From: a virus
IMG/VR virus record: IMGVR_UViG_3300031521_000025
Location: 1-64,000 of that record
DNA: 64,000 nucleotides
Direction: 5' to 3' (one strand)
Shown: in pieces, positions 16,559 through 24,567 of the stretch
How the letters are laid out: every line of letters starts with the position of its first letter
Position numbering within the stretch: position 1 is the first letter of the stretch
Position numbers and translations under genes: made by a program
Notes under the pieces: generated by a model
Database searches by the model: none
What the model saw: the letters and a program-made list of their open reading frames with translations, nothing else
What the model was told of the DNA's origin: nothing

Positions 16559-17185
16559 ATGAAAATATTAGGAATTATAGTTGAAAAAGAAGGCATAGGT
16601 GAAAAAATATATGACCTTGAAAATGTTTTTGAAGATTTTGTAAGAGTTGTAGTAGATGAAAAAAACGATGAAGCTACAGTTTTAAATAAAGCAATTAAAG
16701 AAGCTAAAGATGATTATACCCATATCGTTATATTGCCTCAAGATTTTTCTTTAAACGAAAATTATCTTTCGTTAATTAAAGAATATTGTAAAGATGAAAA
16801 AACAGTTTATTTACCTTTAGTAGAATTACAAGATTTAGAAGGTAATTTTAAAGGCGTTATTAACAGTTCTTTTTGGTGGGCTAACTTTTGTATCGAACAA
16901 GGAAAGTTAGACGATTCTACAGCTTTAAAACAAGTAGATACTACCTTATATAGTGGGTTAATACCTTTATCAGTTGCAAAAAAATATAAATTTAAAAAAG
17001 ATTTAAGAATTTATTACCATTTTGAGTTTTTAAATAAAATTACAAGTAGTAAAGTTGCAGTAGTTGGAGTTCCTAAAATATTATCTACTATTTCTTATGA
17101 TTATACTTTAGAAGGTATTAGTAAAGAAGAAAAAATAGAGTTATTTGAAGCAGCAAGAAAAGAATATTCTAAGTCAAATATTTAA
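16559..17185 (+). CDS. Possible glycosyltransferase-like (GT-A) protein
   Basis: LNKAI....YTHIVILPQD pattern; next to GT-B gene. Confidence 0.4.
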   Translation: MKILGIIVEKEGIGEKIYDLENVFEDFVRVVVDEKNDEATVLNKAIKEAKDDYTHIVILPQDFSLNENYLSLIKEYCKDEKTVYLPLVELQDLEGNFKGVINSSFWWANFCIEQGKLDDSTALKQVDTTLYSGLIPLSVAKKYKFKKDLRIYYHFEFLNKITSSKVAVVGVPKILSTISYDYTLEGISKEEKIELFEAARKEYSKSNI

Positions 17186-17196
17186 TTTATAGTTTA

Positions 17197-17871
17197 ATGA
17201 GTAAAATTCAAGATAAATATTTTGGAAAAAGAGAAGAGCAGGCTATAAAAACTTATTTAAGTTCTGATTCTAAAAGAGAAAAAGATAAACTATTTGAAGA
17301 AATAATTAATCCTGCTTTAATAAAATTAATTGACGGTGTGCAACAAATGCCTATGTTTCAAAAAATAATAGGTATTACTAGGGAAGAGTTAGCAGAAAAA
17401 ACCTATCATCATATAATAAATAATATAGAAAAATTTGATGAATCAAAAGTAGGCAAAGATGGTAAACCTGTTAAAGCTTATTCATATTTCGGAACAGCTG
17501 CTAAAAATTTTATCTTATATGAAAAAATACAAAACGATAAAATGATAGCAAAAAGAGGTGGAGTTTTAAATTCTGATGATTTTTGTAATGTGATTGAAGA
17601 TAAAAGTAGAGGAGAAGCTATATTTAAAGAATCAAGAGAAGAAACTATAAGAAAGTTGAAACATTTTGGTTTAAGCAATAATAGCTCTAAAAACGACTTG
17701 CTAGTTTGTAGTCATTTAGTTTATATGTTGAAAAACTGGGAGCAATTAGAGTTTAGTAATAAAAACGAATTTGTAAGACTTTTATTAAATTACACAGGAT
17801 TAAAAAGTAATACAGTTACTTCTTCTTTAAAAAAAATTAAATTATATTTAAAAGAAAAAGATAATGGATGA
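17197..17871 (+). CDS. Phage late-transcription sigma factor-like protein (T4 gp55-like)
   Basis: KFD...KAYSYFGTAAKNFIL resembles sigma region 2 of gp55-type factors. Confidence 0.65.
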   Translation: MSKIQDKYFGKREEQAIKTYLSSDSKREKDKLFEEIINPALIKLIDGVQQMPMFQKIIGITREELAEKTYHHIINNIEKFDESKVGKDGKPVKAYSYFGTAAKNFILYEKIQNDKMIAKRGGVLNSDDFCNVIEDKSRGEAIFKESREETIRKLKHFGLSNNSSKNDLLVCSHLVYMLKNWEQLEFSNKNEFVRLLLNYTGLKSNTVTSSLKKIKLYLKEKDNG

Positions 17872-18217
17872 AATTTCGAAAATTGAGTTAAACGAAGCAG
17901 GGTTAAAAACATTAACTCAAAATATTTTAAAAGGATTAGTTGAAGACTTAGAAGAAGCTCAAATTAATATAGAAAACTATAAAACAAAAATGGAGCAATC
18001 AACAGGATTTGATGTTTATGGTAGTCTTTTTAACGATTCATTAAAAATTAAAGGTTCTGTTAGAGATAAATTAATAAAAGTAGCATCTATGATTAAAGAT
18101 AAAGCTTCAACATCTAACGCTTCTAATATACAACAGTTTGACAATAAATTTATTTCTTCATTAGCTGATCAAGTTTTAGCAGAACATGATAAACAAAAAA
18201 ACAATAATAATGGATAA
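17864..18217 (+). CDS. Hypothetical coiled-coil protein
   Basis: 117-aa ORF coupled to neighbours. Confidence 0.55.
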   Translation: MDEISKIELNEAGLKTLTQNILKGLVEDLEEAQINIENYKTKMEQSTGFDVYGSLFNDSLKIKGSVRDKLIKVASMIKDKASTSNASNIQQFDNKFISSLADQVLAEHDKQKNNNNG

Positions 18218-18407
18218 ATTATTAATTTATAAAAAATATGAAAATCTAGAAACTATTGAGATTGAAAACAAACTATCTTTTCTTAATAATAAAATTGAAA
18301 TTCTCAAGAAAGATGTTTTGAGAAAAACAAAAGAAATGGAAGAATGTTGTATTGAGTCAATAGAAATTATAGAATTACTCAATGAAAGACAGAATAAGGG
18401 CGTCTAA
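18210..18407 (+). CDS. Hypothetical protein
   Basis: ATG at 18210 overlapping the upstream stop. Confidence 0.5.
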   Translation: MDKLLIYKKYENLETIEIENKLSFLNNKIEILKKDVLRKTKEMEECCIESIEIIELLNERQNKGV

Positions 18408-19296
18408 CCCAGGACAATCGATAGCAAGTGCAATATTAGATAGCAGTGTAGAAAATAACTACACTGCTTTGTCTGTTTTTCACTTTGGCCAAGTAATAAG
18501 TGTATCAGATGATAAAAATTCTAATAGAATTAAAGTTAGAATCCCTTTACTTGATAATAGTTTATATTACAACGAAAAAGGACAATTAGAAGACAACTCA
18601 GGTGATGATAAACTTTCTTGGTGTATACCAGCTTTCGGAAGATTTATAGAAACTCCTGAAATAAATAGTGTTGTTTTAGTAGCTCTACTTGACCCAACTT
18701 CTCCATTTAGCGGTAGAGTTTGGTTTTCTGCAATTAAATCAATGTCAAGTTCTGATTTGTTTAGCGAACTAAAAGGTGAAATTGAAGGAGAAGATGCATG
18801 GGCTTTAGTAGAACAAGCTTTAGAAATAAAAAGAGAACAATTTCCAAATGAAAAAGGAAATAAAATAAATAAAAAAAAATCTGCAGTTAATTTCAAACTT
18901 GGAATTAGAGGAAAGTCTAATAACAAGCTGTTGTTTGACGAAAAAGAAACTACTTTGATTCAAGACGAAGGTAAAGATTCTGAATCTAAATTAGTTTTAT
19001 CTAAATTAGTTTTATTAAAAGGGAAAAATATAGATATTTTATCTTCTAGTTCTACAAAAGAACATAGACCTGTTTTTGCAGACCCTTTATTTGATTATTT
19101 GACAAACATTCACAATATATTAATGCAAATTGCGACTTTATTACTTTCTCCTGGGTCAATAAGTGTTCCATCTCCAGGAGCACCAATAGCTCCAAGCACT
19201 TCAGCTCCTAATATTTTATCTAAAGTAATTTCAGAACAACTTACTTTGGAAAAACTTAAAATAAATGGAAAAAGCAAATATATAAAAATTAACTAA
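18382..19296 (+). CDS. Baseplate spike protein (gp5/VgrG OB-fold N-terminus)
   Basis: GQVISVSD...RIKVRIP...WCIP...PEINSVVLV; followed by a gp25-like gene. Confidence 0.75.
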   Translation: MKDRIRASNPGQSIASAILDSSVENNYTALSVFHFGQVISVSDDKNSNRIKVRIPLLDNSLYYNEKGQLEDNSGDDKLSWCIPAFGRFIETPEINSVVLVALLDPTSPFSGRVWFSAIKSMSSSDLFSELKGEIEGEDAWALVEQALEIKREQFPNEKGNKINKKKSAVNFKLGIRGKSNNKLLFDEKETTLIQDEGKDSESKLVLSKLVLLKGKNIDILSSSSTKEHRPVFADPLFDYLTNIHNILMQIATLLLSPGSISVPSPGAPIAPSTSAPNILSKVISEQLTLEKLKINGKSKYIKIN

Positions 19297-19297
19297 A

Positions 19298-19687
19298 ATG
19301 GCAAAAAAACAATACGGTTCTATTTTATTCCCATTTGAAGAAACCACTGATGGGACACAAAGTATATTAAAAAGAACAGAGAATATAAATGATACGTTAA
19401 TTTCCGCATTAAAGGCGTTTTTTTTAACTAGAAGAGGGCAAAGAAGAGGAAACATCATTGGAAGCGTTTTAGGCGATTATAAGCATACTTTAATAAAAAA
19501 AGAAGCATTATACGCAGTAGAAGATGAAGTTAAACAAGAGCTTAACACTTACTTTAGAGGTGTATCTTTTATAGTTGTAGAAATTTCTCAAAAAACTGAT
19601 AATGAAACTAATGTACCAACTTTAACGGTTAGTATTCAATTTGCACTTCCAGGAAAAGAATTACAAACTTTAGTAGTTTTAATTTAA
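19298..19687 (+). CDS. Baseplate wedge protein gp25-like
   Basis: ILFPF, LKAFFLTRRGQR..G pattern, 129 aa. Confidence 0.75.
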   Translation: MAKKQYGSILFPFEETTDGTQSILKRTENINDTLISALKAFFLTRRGQRRGNIIGSVLGDYKHTLIKKEALYAVEDEVKQELNTYFRGVSFIVVEISQKTDNETNVPTLTVSIQFALPGKELQTLVVLI

Positions 19688-19730
19688 CAGTTTTAGCTAC
19701 AATACAATATTTAAGATAAAACCTATTTTA

Positions 19731-19973
19731 ATGAAAAAAGAAAAAACAAACCTCAAAGAAGAAATGACAACAGCTAGTATTGCAACTACAGACGGCGGAC
19801 TTCCATCTGCTCAAAAAGTGTATGATTTTTATCTTGATAATGTAAAAAAAAGAAAAGACGGTAATTTTACAATCAAAAATGATGATAAATTTTTTTCTGA
19901 TAAAGATATTAACAAACTTTACGAAAGTTTTCAAAAGCATGTTTTTTCTAAAGTGAAAAAAACAAATGGATAA
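19731..19973 (+). CDS. Hypothetical protein
   Basis: 80 aa; NLKEE near N-terminus; ATATTTAA at 19707. Confidence 0.55.
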   Translation: MKKEKTNLKEEMTTASIATTDGGLPSAQKVYDFYLDNVKKRKDGNFTIKNDDKFFSDKDINKLYESFQKHVFSKVKKTNG

Positions 19974-20574
19974 AAATAAAATAACAATAGAAAAACTTAA
20001 AAAAGTTTTTGAAAATAACATGTTTTCTTTATGCAACAAAGATGATAAAGATTTTAATTTAAATATTATTGGTGTTAGAAGTAATGATTTAACACCAAAT
20101 GTATTTAATGATTTAATTTGCATCGCTTGGGTTTATAAAGGAATATGGAATTTAAAAATATATGAAGCTACTACAGATCCTGGGTTGTATTGGTTGCAAA
20201 ACCCTATGAATGTTAAAGGTGCTGCAATAATGGTTCCTGGACAATACCATGGTTGTTATGTAGTAGGGTTACATAAAGATTACAAAGCTTTAAGACAAGT
20301 TAAACCAATGAAATATTATAGAGATTATAATAGAGACAACAAACTTGATTTTAATCAAGTTACTATTGTTGAAGAAATTGGACTTACAAATATCCATAGA
20401 GCAAACGAAGTAAAAACTAGCACAATTGTTGATAAATGGTCTGCAGGTTGTCAAGTTATTGCAAACCCTATAGAATTTGATGAATTTATGACTTTATGTC
20501 AAAAAGCTAAAGAAACTTGGGGAAATAGCTTTTCTTATACATTAATAACAGAAAAAGATTTAGATAATGCTTAA
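19966..20574 (+). CDS. Putative peptidoglycan hydrolase (YkuD/L,D-transpeptidase-like endolysin candidate)
   Basis: ATTDPG, NIH....WSAGCQV (His...Cys catalytic motif). Confidence 0.6.
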   Translation: MDKNKITIEKLKKVFENNMFSLCNKDDKDFNLNIIGVRSNDLTPNVFNDLICIAWVYKGIWNLKIYEATTDPGLYWLQNPMNVKGAAIMVPGQYHGCYVVGLHKDYKALRQVKPMKYYRDYNRDNKLDFNQVTIVEEIGLTNIHRANEVKTSTIVDKWSAGCQVIANPIEFDEFMTLCQKAKETWGNSFSYTLITEKDLDNA

Positions 20575-21637
20575 AGAAGAAAAAAATAATTTAATAATTA
20601 ATTCTTTAATTAAATTATTAGAAGAAAAAACAAATAAAAAAATATTTCTTGAAGAAATTAGTTGGAAAATCCCTACTGATTTTCTTACCTGGATTGTAGA
20701 TTCTTACTCTATTCAATCTAGAAACGGTTTTCACTTTGGAGAATTTGGGGTAAATATAATAGAAAAAGATAAAAAAGAAATTCTTAGCAAACTAAAATCT
20801 TTGATATCTTCAAACCCTAAAATGTTAAGAGAATTTGAAGATCTTAAAGGATATGTTGAAGTTTTTGTTAGAAACGCTAAAATTGCAAAAGATGGAGAAA
20901 CTTATATTGATTATGATGGAAAACGTTATAGTAATAAAAACACAGATATTGTAATAAAAGCTTTTTTAAAAGATAGATACATTAGTTCAATTAAACACAC
21001 AAGTGATAGATCAAAAGAAGAATGGAAAAAAGAGGCTGAAGAAACTTTAAAGGTTGTAAAATATTTGTTTGATACTAAAAATATGAGAAAAGAAACACAT
21101 ATTTTGTTTATTAAATTAGCTCAAGAGTATATAAAAAATAAAACTTTTGAATCAAAAGATTATATAGATGCGTTTGCAAACCTTTATAATAGTAAACCAA
21201 GTTTACCTAACTATAAAGATGCGTTTGCAAACCTTTATAATAGTAAACCAAGTTTACCTAACTATAAAGATGCTTTAAAAGCTGCATTAAAATTTAATCC
21301 AAGAGCTAACGAACAAGTAAGATTTTTAAAAGGAATAACTTTTAAAACAGATATGGAATCTTCTAATCCTTATTATAATTTAGATCTTTCTCAAGTAGAA
21401 GAAAGTAAAAGAGTTCCTTTGCTTAAAGCTATAAATGATGCAAGAAATATATTAAGAGTAGATGTAACTTTTAAAAATAAACCAGCTCAATCTGTTAATA
21501 CTTTAGTAAATCAAATAAGTAAAAAATATGGAGAAGATAAAGATCCTGCTTTTGATGAATACAATAAAGGATTATTCTCTATTATTACAGATGCTGTAAA
21601 AAAATACGTAGTATTAAAACCTCTTAAAAACATTTAA
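20567..21637 (+). CDS. Hypothetical protein with the shared N-terminal motif and an internal duplication
   Basis: aa13-30 SLIKLLEEKTNKKIFLEE; DAFANLYNSKPSLPNYK x2. Confidence 0.6.
   Translation: MLKEEKNNLIINSLIKLLEEKTNKKIFLEEISWKIPTDFLTWIVDSYSIQSRNGFHFGEFGVNIIEKDKKEILSKLKSLISSNPKMLREFEDLKGYVEVFVRNAKIAKDGETYIDYDGKRYSNKNTDIVIKAFLKDRYISSIKHTSDRSKEEWKKEAEETLKVVKYLFDTKNMRKETHILFIKLAQEYIKNKTFESKDYIDAFANLYNSKPSLPNYKDAFANLYNSKPSLPNYKDALKAALKFNPRANEQVRFLKGITFKTDMESSNPYYNLDLSQVEESKRVPLLKAINDARNILRVDVTFKNKPAQSVNTLVNQISKKYGEDKDPAFDEYNKGLFSIITDAVKKYVVLKPLKNI
21166..21273 (+). repeat. Perfect 51-bp tandem duplication
   Basis: Unit starts at 21166 and 21217; AGATGC recurs at 21268. Confidence 0.95.
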
Positions 21638-21639
21638 AA

Positions 21640-23730
21640 ATGTCACAACCAACAGTAAATTATCTTAGTAGAGATTTCCTTAATATAAAAAACGATTTAA
21701 TAAATTGGGCTAAAACGTATCATTCTGATAAATTAGTTTTTTTTAATGATGCAAACACTGATATTATGTATCTTGAAATGGTTGCATATGTTGGAGACAT
21801 GTTATCTTATTATACAGATAAAACATTTAACGAAAATTTCAGAACAACTGCTCAAGCTTTAGAATCTTTAGTAAGAATTTCTAATAATTTAGGTTTTTAC
21901 AACACTGGAGCTATGAGTTCTATCGTAGAGGTAGAAGTAAGTGTTAAAATTCCTTTCACTTCATCTACTATAGGCGCAATCTCACCAGATTATAAATTTT
22001 GTCCTATTTTAAGTACAGGAACTAAATTAAAATCTGATTCAGGTGTAAGTTTTGAAATTACAGAGGCTGTTAACTTTACATTAAGTCAAAATCGAACTGA
22101 AACTCCAAATTATGATGGAAACGGAGCTGTTATAGATTACACAATAACAAAAAAAGTAACAGCAAAAGCAGGAGAAACAAGAATTCAAAGTTTTTATGTT
22201 AGCGAAGCTTTATATAAACCATTTTTGTCGTTTGTTTTAAATGATTTAGATATTACAGAAATTGTAGGGTTAGTAGTAGTACAAGGAAAACAAACAGTTG
22301 CTCCTACAGATTATAGTTTTGTTAATTATAATGTTGCTTATTATCAAGTAAGAGAATTAACTCAATCTAAAGCTTTTTTTGAAACAAATATAGATAATAC
22401 ATCTAGCACTGCTTTAATTAAACAAGGAGCTTATCAACCAATCCCTAGAAGATTTATAGTTAGAAGGGATGCTAAAAACACTACAACTATTACCTTTGGA
22501 AATCAATATAACGAAGATGTTACAGAAAAACTTTATTCTCCAGTAACAGCAGATGAATATTTTAATAATGTTCATGATGATGTTGATTTAGGAACATTAC
22601 CTCCTGTAAATAGCACGATTTTTGTAAAATATAGAATAAAAGGAGGGTCTTCTACAAATGTTGTAAGTGGAACAATTAACTCAATTACAGCAAAACAATG
22701 GGAAGCGGTAGATTTATCTTTACCGATGCCTCTTATAAATAAAATTAGAAGTTCTTTAAAAGTAACAAACCCTTTGGATGCATCAGGAGGTAGAGATACT
22801 CCTACATTAGAAGAATTAAGAGAAATATCTGGAAAAACTTTTGCAGCTCAAGATAGAGGAGTTACTTCTGAAGATATTAAAACTATGGTTAAATTAATGC
22901 CTCCTAAATTTGGCAATCCTTTTAGAGTTTCTTATGATGTTATAGGTCCAAGAGTCGCAAATTCTAAAACAATAGAAATTGATATATTAGCATTAACAGA
23001 TAAGTTAATTAACTCAACTATACAAAGCGAAAGAATATTGATTTCAAGCCAAATTAAAGATTATTTTAAAAATTACAATACTAATGCTGTAAAAAACAAT
23101 ATGTTAGTTGCTGATCCTAATTTATGGTTAGGAGAAAAAGGTTTATTATATATTATTGGACAAACAGAAGATGGCCAATTAAATACAATACAAAAAAATG
23201 CTTCAGGAGCTTGGGTATCCCCTAATCAAATTTTAAAAGAAAATATTAAAAACTTTTTAATAGATAAAAGAGTAATAGGAGATTGGATTGATATTTTAGA
23301 TGGTAAAATTTATAATTTACAAGTAGAATTTACAATTTTTGCAGATTCAAACAATAAACAACAAACATTAATTGATTGTTTACAAAAACTTGTAGCTTAT
23401 TTTGATGTAAATAATTGGCAAATGGGACAACCGATTTACATTTCAAATGTTTCAACAATATTACAAGAAATTAGTGGAGTAATTAGTGTAGCTGATTTAA
23501 AGTTTTATAATATAATAGGAACAGGAGTTGATTCTGTTGATCCTGTATCTGGTAGAAAATATCAACCGCTTGAAATAGGGTTATATCCTGAAATTAACCC
23601 AACATATCTTAATAGCTATGGGAGTAAATTTGAAGTTTTAGCAAATAATAATATAATTAAAGGTTATCCTAATAGTATTTTTGAAGTAAAATACCCAGAA
23701 TCAGACATAATTGGAAAACTTTATAGTTAA
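21640..23730 (+). CDS. Baseplate wedge protein (T4 gp6/baseplate J-like)
   Basis: NYLSRDF..IK..L, AYVGDMLSYY, ASGGRD, AQDRGVT.ED. Confidence 0.88.
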   Translation: MSQPTVNYLSRDFLNIKNDLINWAKTYHSDKLVFFNDANTDIMYLEMVAYVGDMLSYYTDKTFNENFRTTAQALESLVRISNNLGFYNTGAMSSIVEVEVSVKIPFTSSTIGAISPDYKFCPILSTGTKLKSDSGVSFEITEAVNFTLSQNRTETPNYDGNGAVIDYTITKKVTAKAGETRIQSFYVSEALYKPFLSFVLNDLDITEIVGLVVVQGKQTVAPTDYSFVNYNVAYYQVRELTQSKAFFETNIDNTSSTALIKQGAYQPIPRRFIVRRDAKNTTTITFGNQYNEDVTEKLYSPVTADEYFNNVHDDVDLGTLPPVNSTIFVKYRIKGGSSTNVVSGTINSITAKQWEAVDLSLPMPLINKIRSSLKVTNPLDASGGRDTPTLEELREISGKTFAAQDRGVTSEDIKTMVKLMPPKFGNPFRVSYDVIGPRVANSKTIEIDILALTDKLINSTIQSERILISSQIKDYFKNYNTNAVKNNMLVADPNLWLGEKGLLYIIGQTEDGQLNTIQKNASGAWVSPNQILKENIKNFLIDKRVIGDWIDILDGKIYNLQVEFTIFADSNNKQQTLIDCLQKLVAYFDVNNWQMGQPIYISNVSTILQEISGVISVADLKFYNIIGTGVDSVDPVSGRKYQPLEIGLYPEINPTYLNSYGSKFEVLANNNIIKGYPNSIFEVKYPESDIIGKLYS

Positions 23731-23807
23731 TAAAAAAAATAATTAAAAATCCGTGGATTGTATTAAATCTAGTTATATCTTTAGGGTATCAAATTAATTA
23801 AGAATAA

Positions 23808-23838
23808 TTGACAAAAAAAATAAAATAATTATATTTAA
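23808..23838 (+). promoter_or_regulatory. Putative promoter of the leader/tRNA transcript
   Basis: TTGACA (23808) followed by TATATT (23830) overlapping the recurrent ATATTTAA motif (23831). Confidence 0.5.
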
Positions 23839-23850
23839 AATAAAAACAAA

Positions 23851-23916
23851 ATGAAAATTATTAACAACATATTAGAGGTTTTGGAACAGTTACAAGAACA
23901 GTTACTGATGACCTAG
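23851..23916 (+). CDS. Attenuator leader peptide MKIINNILEVLEQLQEQLLMT
   Basis: 21 codons; 11 of codons 8-19 are Leu/Glu/Gln; A-rich start context; not in the ORF track. Confidence 0.8.
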   Translation: MKIINNILEVLEQLQEQLLMT

Positions 23917-23986
23917 TGTATGTAGTTATAATAACAATATAACAAACAAAAAACCCTAGGTTAGTAAAATAGCTTAGGGTTTTTTT
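23902..23986 (+). promoter_or_regulatory. Transcription attenuator (antiterminator/terminator) upstream of the tRNA cluster
   Basis: Terminator CCCTAGGTTA-GTAAAA-TAGCTTAGGG-T7 (23954-23986); TTACT/GACCTAG (23902-23916) can pair with CTAGGTT/AGTAA (23956-23967). Confidence 0.8.
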
Positions 23987-24009
23987 GTGATCTTTGAAAT
24001 ATAATAAAT

Positions 24010-24094
24010 GGTTCAGTGTTGTAACTGGAAAGCCAAGACGGTTTTAAACGCCGTTGTCCTTTGAGGCGTGTGGGTTCGAGTCCCACCTGAACTA
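24010..24094 (+). tRNA. tRNA-Leu(TAA)
   Basis: Acceptor GGTTCAG/CTGAACT, anticodon arm ACGGT-TTTAAAC-GCCGT, long variable arm, GTTCGAG T-loop, A73; no encoded CCA. Confidence 0.9.
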
Positions 24095-24109
24095 CTTTTA
24101 TAAATTTAT

Positions 24110-24182
24110 GTCCGGTTCATATAGTTGGTTAGTATTCATGGTTTTCATCCATGCCACACGAGTTCGAATCTCGTACCGGGTA
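24110..24182 (+). tRNA. tRNA-Glu(TTC)
   Basis: Acceptor GTCCGGT/ACCGGGT, anticodon arm CATGG-TTTTCAT-CCATG, TTCGAAT T-loop. Confidence 0.88.
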
Positions 24183-24191
24183 CAAATAAAT

Positions 24192-24266
24192 GTCAGGTTA
24201 GTGTAATTGGCTAACACGTCTGGTTTTCATCCAGGAGATTACGGGTTCGATCCCCCGTACTTGATA
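24192..24266 (+). tRNA. tRNA-Glu(TTC), second copy
   Basis: Acceptor GTCAGGT/ACTTGAT, D stem GTGT/ACAC, arm TCTGG-TTTTCAT-CCAGG; one extra C in the T arm. Confidence 0.8.
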
Positions 24267-24275
24267 CAGTTAAAT

Positions 24276-24360
24276 GTCATAGTAGGCTAGCGGTCTAGGC
24301 AACAGACCTTCAATCTGTCTTCGAGAAATCGATTCGTGGGTTCGAATCCCATCTATGATA
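24276..24360 (+). tRNA. Atypical long-variable-arm tRNA with TTC anticodon (C33); identity uncertain
   Basis: Acceptor GTCATAG/CTATGAT, arm ACAGA-CCTTCAA-TCTGT, variable arm TCGA-GAAA-TCGA, GTGGG-TTCGAAT-CCCAT, A73. Confidence 0.75.
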
Positions 24361-24383
24361 CTAAAATAATTAAATAGTTATAT

Positions 24384-24456
24384 TGACTTATGATGTAATG
24401 GATAAGCATACAAAATTTTGAATTTTGTTGTCAAGGTTCGAATCCTTGTGAGTCAA
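24384..24456 (+). tRNA. tRNA-Gln(TTG)
   Basis: U1-A72 acceptor TGACTTA/TGAGTCA, arm CAAAA-TTTTGAA-TTTTG, TTCGAAT. Confidence 0.88.
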
Positions 24457-24567
24457 CAAATAAAAACAAAATTAATTACAGATTACTAAAGTGTTAAACG
24501 TTTTTTTAAGAAAAAGGTTAACTTTACAACATTTAGTTATATTTAATAATATATTAAATGCAACTAA

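Noticed and set aside
24276-24360. Opal suppressor/selenocysteine tRNA (UCA)
   Set aside because: The stem ACAGA/TCTGT fixes a 7-nt loop CCTTCAA centred on TTC; reading TCA needs an off-centre anticodon, and the acceptor stem is a normal 7 bp.
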